64,000 nt of DNA from NCBI GenBank assembly GCA_037305845.1, contig CP147778.1, forward strand, positions 2,816,001 to 2,880,000. The letters run 5' to 3'. The position numbers and the translations under genes are program-made. Under the pieces are notes generated by a model. The model did not search any database and was not told where the DNA came from. It saw only the letters and a program-made list of their open reading frames with translations. Source of the stretch: Candidatus Freyarchaeum deiterrae. GTDB lineage: Archaea > Asgardarchaeota > Jordiarchaeia > Jordiarchaeales > Jordiarchaeaceae. Below are positions 59,483 through 64,000 of the stretch, piece after piece. Positions within the stretch are counted from its first letter, which is position 1; every line of letters starts with the position of its first letter.

Positions 59483-62116
59483 ATGGAGCAGTATTCACAG
59501 ACGTTTTGGAGCGTTCCCGCCGCTGATTTGCTTCAGCCGCTTCAAACAACGCCTCAGGGCTTGAAGAGCGAGGAAGCTGAGCAGAGGCTCAAAATCTATG
59601 GACCAAATCGCCTCAAACCCAAAAAGAAAACGACCTCCCTATCGCTCTTCCTTGCACAGTTCAAGAGTCCCCTCATCCTTATCCTTCTTTTTGCAGCGGG
59701 ATTGTCATTCTTCCTGACTGACCCACTGGACGCCACTATCATCTTGATAATTATTTTTGTAAGCAGCCTCCTCGGATTCTGGCAGGAGCGTGGTGCAACA
59801 AATGCAATTGCGAAACTACTCGCTATTGTAATGTTAAAAGCGACGCTGCTGCGTGATGGAAGCGAAAAAGAAATCCCCTTCGAAGACATCGTTCCCGGAG
59901 ATGTTGTAATCCTCAATGCTGGTGACGGTGTTCCCGGAGACTGTCTGATTCTTGAATCCAAAGACCTCTTCGTCAACGAAGCAACCTTAACTGGTGAAAC
60001 CTATCCCGTAGAAAAATCGGTTGGAGTGCTGCCGCTTGATCAACCCCTCAGTCAGCGGACGAACACACTTTTTATGGGAACCAATGTAGTCAGTGGAACA
60101 GCAAAGGCGGTGGTTGTAAACACCGCAACAAAAACTGAATTCGGTAAGGTTTCCGACCGGCTGAGATTCAGACCCCCCGAAACGGAATTTGAACACGGCG
60201 TTAGGCGATTTGGATATTTCCTAATCCAAGTTACGCTGTTGCTAGTGATTGCTATATTCGTTGTAAATATTTTTACGTTCTTTATCAATAATCAGAATCA
60301 ATTAGCTGCCAATGTTTTTGCGTTACTGACGAATTTGCAGTCTCCGTTGTCGATAGTCTTTCAATTTTACAGTTCCACTCTTTCTACAAGAAGCCAGATT
60401 TTGAACTTCTTTCTCTTTGCCTTAACACTAGCTGTTGGATTAACTCCCCAACTTTTGCCAGCGATTATCAGCGTCAATCTTTCCCACGGCGCCAGACGCA
60501 TGGCAAAAAGCAAGGTGATTGTAAAACGGCTTTCCTCTATTGAAAACTTCGGTAGCATGAATGTGCTTTGTTCCGATAAAACTGGCACCCTGACCAAAGG
60601 TACGGTGCAATTACATTCCACACTTGATGTAGAAGGAAACGAAAGTGAAAAAGTTCTTCTCTATGCTTATATCAATTCTTTTTACGAGACGGGGTTCGCT
60701 AACCCTATTGATCAAGCGATCTGCGCCCACCACCATATTGATATGTCAGGCTACCAGAAACTGGACGAAGTGCCCTACGATTTTATTCGTAAGCGATTAA
60801 GCATCTTAGTATCGAAAAGTAACACTCATCTAATGGTGACGAAGGGTGCCTTAGAGAATGTGGTAGAGGTCTGTTCGTCTGCGGAAACTTCCAATGGAAA
60901 AATCGTGGATATAAAAAAGATGAAGGAGCAGATCCAAGAAAGCTTTAAGGAACTCAGCGAACAGGGCTTTCGCACGTTAGGCGTCGCTTACCGAGATGTA
61001 GGCTCTAGCTCGCTTATCACTAAAGACCATGAAGCCGATATGACGTTTTTAGGACTCCTAGTTTTTGAAGATCCACTCAAGCCTGGAATTACCAAGACTC
61101 TCAAAAAACTGGAGGCCCTCGGTATTTCAATGAAAATCATAACTGGAGACAATCGCTTGGTTGCTACAAATTTAAGCGAAAAGATAGGATTACCCTGTAC
61201 GCGAATAATAACAGGACCAGAACTTAGGCAAATGAGCGATGAAGCTCTTCTAGGACAGGTTAATGATGTGGTTGTTTTCGCAGAGGTTGAGCCAAACCAA
61301 AAAGAACGCATAATCATCGCTCTAAGAAAGGCCGGAAATGTAGTAGGCTATATAGGAGATGGAATCAATGATGCCTCGGCGCTCCACGCTTCCGATGTTA
61401 GCATTTCCGTTGAGAGCGCTGTAGATGTTGCCAAAGAGGCTGCTGACATTGTGCTGCTCGAAAAAGATCTAAATGTCCTCGTGCAGGGTGTGAGAGAAGG
61501 AAGATCGACCTTCGCCAACACGATAAAGTATGTATTCATGGCGGCGGGTAGCAATTTCGGGAACATGTTCAGCATGGCAGGGGCATCCCTGTTTCTGACC
61601 TTCCTCCCTCTGCTACCCGAGCAGATTCTTCTCCTCAATTTAGCAACTGATCTTCCAGAGATGAACATTGCCACGGATAATGTTGACCCTGAGACCGTTA
61701 ACAAACCTAGACGCTGGGATATCAGTTTCATCCGAAAGTTTATGATAGTGTTCGGACCTCTCAGTTCCGTTTTCGACTATCTCACATTCGGTGTTCTTCT
61801 ATTAATCCTTGGTGCTTCACCGAGTGAGTTCAGAACCGGTTGGTTTTTGGAATCTATTATTTCAGCTACATTGATAGTGCTTGTCGTCCGAACCCGAAGG
61901 CCTTTCTATAAGAGTAGGCCTGGGAAGGGTCTATTAATAACAACTATAGCAGTTATCATCGTGTCACTGATTATACCCTACACCCCAATAGGAACTATCT
62001 TCGGTTTTGAGCCGCTGCCAATGGAGTTCCTTATATTAATGGGAATAATTATAGTAATCTACATTGCTTCGGCGGAAATCGTGAAGAGGGCCTTTTACAA
62101 AAGGATAAAATATTAA
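59483..62116 (+). CDS. mgtA: Mg2+-transporting P-type ATPase
   Basis: LTGETYP, AVGLTPQLLP, SDKTGTLT, PYDFIRKR, SNFGNMFS and FRTGWF. Confidence 0.92.
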   Translation: MEQYSQTFWSVPAADLLQPLQTTPQGLKSEEAEQRLKIYGPNRLKPKKKTTSLSLFLAQFKSPLILILLFAAGLSFFLTDPLDATIILIIIFVSSLLGFWQERGATNAIAKLLAIVMLKATLLRDGSEKEIPFEDIVPGDVVILNAGDGVPGDCLILESKDLFVNEATLTGETYPVEKSVGVLPLDQPLSQRTNTLFMGTNVVSGTAKAVVVNTATKTEFGKVSDRLRFRPPETEFEHGVRRFGYFLIQVTLLLVIAIFVVNIFTFFINNQNQLAANVFALLTNLQSPLSIVFQFYSSTLSTRSQILNFFLFALTLAVGLTPQLLPAIISVNLSHGARRMAKSKVIVKRLSSIENFGSMNVLCSDKTGTLTKGTVQLHSTLDVEGNESEKVLLYAYINSFYETGFANPIDQAICAHHHIDMSGYQKLDEVPYDFIRKRLSILVSKSNTHLMVTKGALENVVEVCSSAETSNGKIVDIKKMKEQIQESFKELSEQGFRTLGVAYRDVGSSSLITKDHEADMTFLGLLVFEDPLKPGITKTLKKLEALGISMKIITGDNRLVATNLSEKIGLPCTRIITGPELRQMSDEALLGQVNDVVVFAEVEPNQKERIIIALRKAGNVVGYIGDGINDASALHASDVSISVESAVDVAKEAADIVLLEKDLNVLVQGVREGRSTFANTIKYVFMAAGSNFGNMFSMAGASLFLTFLPLLPEQILLLNLATDLPEMNIATDNVDPETVNKPRRWDISFIRKFMIVFGPLSSVFDYLTFGVLLLILGASPSEFRTGWFLESIISATLIVLVVRTRRPFYKSRPGKGLLITTIAVIIVSLIIPYTPIGTIFGFEPLPMEFLILMGIIIVIYIASAEIVKRAFYKRIKY

Positions 62117-62204
62117 AGAAAGCGAACATGGAAGAAACAAAACGCAGTCTCCCTCTGTTGCCTGATAGCAATGTTTAAAGGCTCGAAAATCTCTTGAAAT
62201 TTTC

Positions 62205-63014
62205 ATGAAAACTATAGAGACTAAGGATGAAGATGTTACGATAAAATGTTCCGACGGCGCGGACATGCGCGCTTTTGTTTCGAGACCCAAGAAAACTGGA
62301 CAGTATCCAGGCATCATCGTTATCCACGAAATCTGGGGCCTTAATGACCAGATCAGGGGAGTCGCGCGACGCTACGCGCAACAGGGTTATGTTGCTTTAG
62401 CCCCCCACCTGTTCAGCAGATACGGCGAAACCCTTTCCGAGAAGAACATACAAAGCGCCATGAAGCCTATCTTTACCATACCCCGAGAGAAGCGAAGTGA
62501 TCCCACAACACTTCAAAGCATCATGGGAAGCATGTCTGATTCAGATAAAAAAGTGGTACAGATTCTGTTTGCGGGAAGACAGACGCTTGAGCCTAAACTG
62601 GTGGAGGATATAGGCAGCTGCCACAAATACCTTTCCAGTTCGAGTTTCGTGAAGCACGATAGGCTAGGCATTACCGGTTTTTGCATGGGAGGCGGCCTCG
62701 CCTTCCAAGTTTCCACAATGCTTCCATTCAGCGCGTCAGTCATCTTCTATGGTGCGAATCCGAAACCCATTGAATCGGTCTCAAAAATCAGCGGACCAGT
62801 ACTCGAGTTTTACGCCGGGGAGGACGAAATGCTCGCCGCGGGGATTCCAGCCATCACTGAGGCTATGGTAAAGTACAAGAAGACGTTTGCAATGAAACTC
62901 TACAAGGGAGTTCAGCACGCTTTCTTCAATGAGACGAGCTCAGTCTATAACAAAGAAGCAGCCGAAGATGCGTGGCAGATGGCTATCGCGTTCTTTAACA
63001 GGTACCTCCTGTAA
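62205..63014 (+). CDS. Dienelactone hydrolase family protein
   Basis: HEIWGL, GFCMGG, ED and HAFFN. Confidence 0.92.
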   Translation: MKTIETKDEDVTIKCSDGADMRAFVSRPKKTGQYPGIIVIHEIWGLNDQIRGVARRYAQQGYVALAPHLFSRYGETLSEKNIQSAMKPIFTIPREKRSDPTTLQSIMGSMSDSDKKVVQILFAGRQTLEPKLVEDIGSCHKYLSSSSFVKHDRLGITGFCMGGGLAFQVSTMLPFSASVIFYGANPKPIESVSKISGPVLEFYAGEDEMLAAGIPAITEAMVKYKKTFAMKLYKGVQHAFFNETSSVYNKEAAEDAWQMAIAFFNRYLL

Positions 63015-63247
63015 TTCCGAGGAATTAAACCAAGCACAATGCTGGAGTGAAAGGTCAATGCCCAAAAATGTTAAGGAAGTTGAAATTAACACTGAAGACA
63101 TGGGTCTAATTTGGTCCTGTTTCGTCAATTGGGTCAACACGCTCGAGAAAACAAGGATTTCTTCTCACAAGCCTGCAAATCGCGAAAAATAGACTGAAAA
63201 TAAACTAAATGCCCAGAATTTAGGCTTTATTCACTTTTTCTGACTAG

Positions 63248-64000
63248 TTAAAGACGATGAATTTTTCCACCTTTAATTAAATATTTATCATTCATTAAAC
63301 CAAGATTTTGGCCAATTCTTTTACCTAGAAGTTCCATTGCGCGATTTGTGACTTCAACGATTCTATGTGGTGGTTGTTCCCCGATTGCCATCTGAGCTAG
63401 TTCAGTCATATAGTATGCTTCGATGTTTTTTTCTGCGGCATTCTTCGATAGTGCGAAGACACAGCCTGTGCAGATGAAGGCCATTGCGTCTGCTCCCGCT
63501 TCTTCAGCTTCAGATACTCTTTTGTTTGCTATTCTTTCCGCTGCTTCTCTATTTTTGAACGAAACGGGAGCGCCGCAGCAAAGAGATTTTTTCCGGTTGT
63601 GTTTCATCTCCACTACTTCCGCTCCCATAATCTCGAGAAGCTCCCTTGGGCTCTCATAAATTTTCCTGTCCAAACTTCTCCAGGGACAGGGATCATGGAA
63701 AGTTATTCTTTGGTCGATTTTGTTTGTGAATTCTAGTTCGCCTTTGTGATATTTTTCGATGAGGTATTCGATAATGCTTTGGCTTTCGATATTGTACTCT
63801 TCGATTATTTTTGGGTAAACGTCTCTAATCATTAGGTCACAGCCCGGACAGAATGAGACGAGCTTTTCCACACCTAGTTCATTAAATTCCTTCAGCAATT
63901 TCTCCCCCTTTATTTTTGCTTCCCCCTCGCCAAAAAGACTGTTCACGTATCCTCCGCAGCAGTATTTCATTCCACCCACTAAGGGTAAACTCTCCAATAA
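63248..64000 (-). CDS. CCG-domain Fe-S oxidoreductase, partial (5' end probably outside the window); paralog of 5003..6181
   Basis: CCGG, CPGC, FHDPC, MKHN..LCCG and CTGC. Confidence 0.8.
   Translation of the reverse strand, partial: LLESLPLVGGMKYCCGGYVNSLFGEGEAKIKGEKLLKEFNELGVEKLVSFCPGCDLMIRDVYPKIIEEYNIESQSIIEYLIEKYHKGELEFTNKIDQRITFHDPCPWRSLDRKIYESPRELLEIMGAEVVEMKHNRKKSLCCGAPVSFKNREAAERIANKRVSEAEEAGADAMAFICTGCVFALSKNAAEKNIEAYYMTELAQMAIGEQPPHRIVEVTNRAMELLGKRIGQNLGLMNDKYLIKGGKIHRL

Noticed and set aside
63058-63192. 44-aa ORF after the dienelactone hydrolase with an RBS-like GGAGTG
   Set aside because: No recognisable motif; could be a remnant or chance.

Overview
Archaeal genomic window, roughly 40% GC by eye, with frequent TTG/GTG starts, GGAGG/GGTG ribosome-binding sites and T-rich terminators. 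It is most likely from an Asgard archaeon; this is inferred from the longin-type and Sec23/24-like proteins and not from a marker gene. Contents in order: (1) acyl-CoA metabolism genes (acetoacetate decarboxylase-family, thiolase, catalytically degenerate HMG-CoA-synthase-DUF35 fusion); (2) an accessory stretch with a polytopic S8 protease, a HicA pseudogene and two tandem paralog pairs; (3) a 13.6-19.8 kb cluster of eukaryote-signature-like genes (Zn-finger/vWA Sec23/24-like, putative tri-longin, V4R/Bet3-fold-like, two SHOCT/ESCRT-I-hairpin-like proteins); (4) a 22-35.6 kb heavy-metal island (three P1B ATPases, MerA, five YHS/TRASH modules, a PadR-TRASH regulator, an unannotated Met/Trp micro-protein, and cystathionine beta-synthase/gamma-lyase, with one palindromic operator found at two of the promoters); (5) an MrfAB-like helicase/exonuclease pair with a duplicated helicase 3' end; (6) VapBC, ClC, MgtA, a second thiolase/DUF35 pair and assorted enzymes. 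Five V4R-like proteins are scattered across the window. No rRNA, tRNA, CRISPR array or intact transposase was seen. All family assignments come from motif recognition by eye; no searches were run.
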